Source: a bacterium (GTDB lineage Bacteria > Desulfobacterota > DSWW01). Taken from it: a DNA stretch of 15,747 nucleotides. A program made the translations under genes and the position numbers. The stretch lies in assembly GCA_040756235.1 (NCBI GenBank), contig JBFLZG010000013.1:1-15747 (forward strand), given 5' to 3'. The notes below the pieces were generated by a model, which saw only the letters and a program-made list of their open reading frames with translations, searched no databases and had not been told where the DNA came from. Shown here one piece after another: positions 14,728 through 15,747 of this stretch. The first letter of the stretch is position 1. Each line of letters begins with the position of its first letter.

Positions 14728-15498
14728 ATGGGTCGAAAAGCGGAAGAGGACGAATCCGGCAAGCCGGGGACCGCCGATGCGGCCGGCTTTCAGCCGACGT
14801 GGCGAGCGATCCTGCCGGAAAGGCAGGACCGGAAGACGGCGAAGATCCGGACAGCCGCGGATCCTGCCGACCTCGAGCGGCTCGCCGCCTTCGCCGCCGG
14901 ATTGGGCGCCGGGGGCGGCGTCGCGATCCCGGCGCGGCAAATCGTCACCAGCGAAGTGATGCGGATGAAGTGCCGCATCCCTACCTGCCTGGGCTACGGC
15001 TCCAGCTTCTCGTGCCCCCCGCATGCGGCCGATGCCGCACACATGCAGGCCGTGATCCGCGAGTACGAATGGGCCTTGCTCGTCGGCGTTCCGCTTCCTG
15101 ATGATCCCTCCCCTTCCTACGAAGCGATCTTCGACTACATGAACAGGATGAAGGAGATCGTGGGCAGGACCGAGGTCGAGGCACAGTACGCGGGCTACGT
15201 CAATGCCATGGGATTCACCGGAGGGCCGTGCGGGCTGTGCGGGGTGTTCAGCCCCGCATGGATGAAGGCACGGAAAGCCGGCACGCGTGTGATCGCTTGT
15301 CCGGTGCTCGCGCGAGAGTTGCCTTTCTGCGCCCACTACCACCACTGCCGGCCCGCGGCCAGGGCGGTCGGCATCGACATCTATGCCACGGCCAGGGCGG
15401 TCGGCTGGGAGGACCGGTTGTCGCCTCCTCCGCCGGTGCGGGCCGGGCGCATCGACTGGCCTTGCCTGGCAGGAGTGTACCCGATCCTGATCGTGTAG
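14728..15498 (+). CDS. DUF2284 (predicted metal-binding) protein, second paralog, 256 aa
   Basis: KCRIPTCLGYGSSFSCPP, GGPCGLC and C..C....RPAARAVGIDIYATARAVGW. GGGGA precedes the ATG. The start is less certain because of an N-terminal extension. Confidence 0.85.
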   Translation: MGRKAEEDESGKPGTADAAGFQPTWRAILPERQDRKTAKIRTAADPADLERLAAFAAGLGAGGGVAIPARQIVTSEVMRMKCRIPTCLGYGSSFSCPPHAADAAHMQAVIREYEWALLVGVPLPDDPSPSYEAIFDYMNRMKEIVGRTEVEAQYAGYVNAMGFTGGPCGLCGVFSPAWMKARKAGTRVIACPVLARELPFCAHYHHCRPAARAVGIDIYATARAVGWEDRLSPPPPVRAGRIDWPCLAGVYPILIV

Positions 15499-15747
15499 TC
15501 AGAGGCGCTCTCTTTCCTTCCGAAGCTCCCTCGAAATGCGGCTCACCTCATCCAGATTGTCCCGCAGGAGCTGCAGAAGAAGATCTGTCTTCTGCCGCAG
15601 GACCCGGCTCACATCATGCACCTTAGTACACTGGTTCATAAGTTCGGTAACATACTCCGCCGACCGGCGCGGCCGGTCTGCGAGAGGAGACGTGGCAACG
15701 GACGGCCTGCAAGAGCCAGATGTCGCGAGCGAGCCCCGGCGCCTCGG
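15499..15747 (-). CDS. 3' end of a convergent hypothetical gene (or a 46-aa ORF from the ATG at 15639), helical C-terminus
   Basis: The frame is open from the window edge to the TGA at 15501-15499: ...AEYVTELMNQCTKVHDVSRVLRQKTDLLLQLLRDNLDEVSRISRELRKERERL*. Its stop abuts the DUF2284 stop with no gap. Confidence 0.4.
   Translation of the reverse strand, partial: PRRRGSLATSGSCRPSVATSPLADRPRRSAEYVTELMNQCTKVHDVSRVLRQKTDLLLQLLRDNLDEVSRISRELRKERERL

Noticed and set aside
143..15345. Long antisense and alternative-frame ORFs (e.g. 143-1237, 3727-5700, 7635-9875, 11448-13283, 13987-15345)
   Set aside because: They shadow well-supported + strand genes, have no recognisable motifs, and are expected in high-GC DNA.
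15692..15747. Plus-strand gene start at GTG 15692 after GAGGAG
   Set aside because: The RBS spacing is only about 2 nt, only 18 codons are visible, and it conflicts with the minus-strand frame.

Overview
High-GC bacterial window, with almost all genes on the + strand. 173-6745 is a respiratory/redox cluster: the Fe-S beta subunit of a type II DMSO-reductase-family molybdoenzyme (most like the ethylbenzene/steroid-C25 dehydrogenase group; the alpha gene is presumably upstream), its TorD/NarJ-type chaperone, a split cytochrome b6 plus subunit IV, a membrane-anchored octaheme cytochrome c and a DUF4405 His-rich membrane protein. No Rieske gene and no heme-b gamma subunit are visible. Next come a 1058-aa exported double beta-helix protein, a repeat-rich intergenic region, a PaaG-like crotonase, a YyaL/SSP411 protein and two tandem DUF2284 Cys-rich proteins. 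The most striking hidden feature is a 68-aa Cys-rich microprotein at 13769-13975. Its frame continues through an in-frame TGA that falls at the second Cys position of a CxxC knuckle (CPE-U-GH) and is followed by a SECIS-like hairpin, so it is a candidate new selenoprotein missed by the ORF track. Several families of REP-like palindromes occupy the intergenic gaps. All family assignments come from motif recognition by eye, not from database searches.
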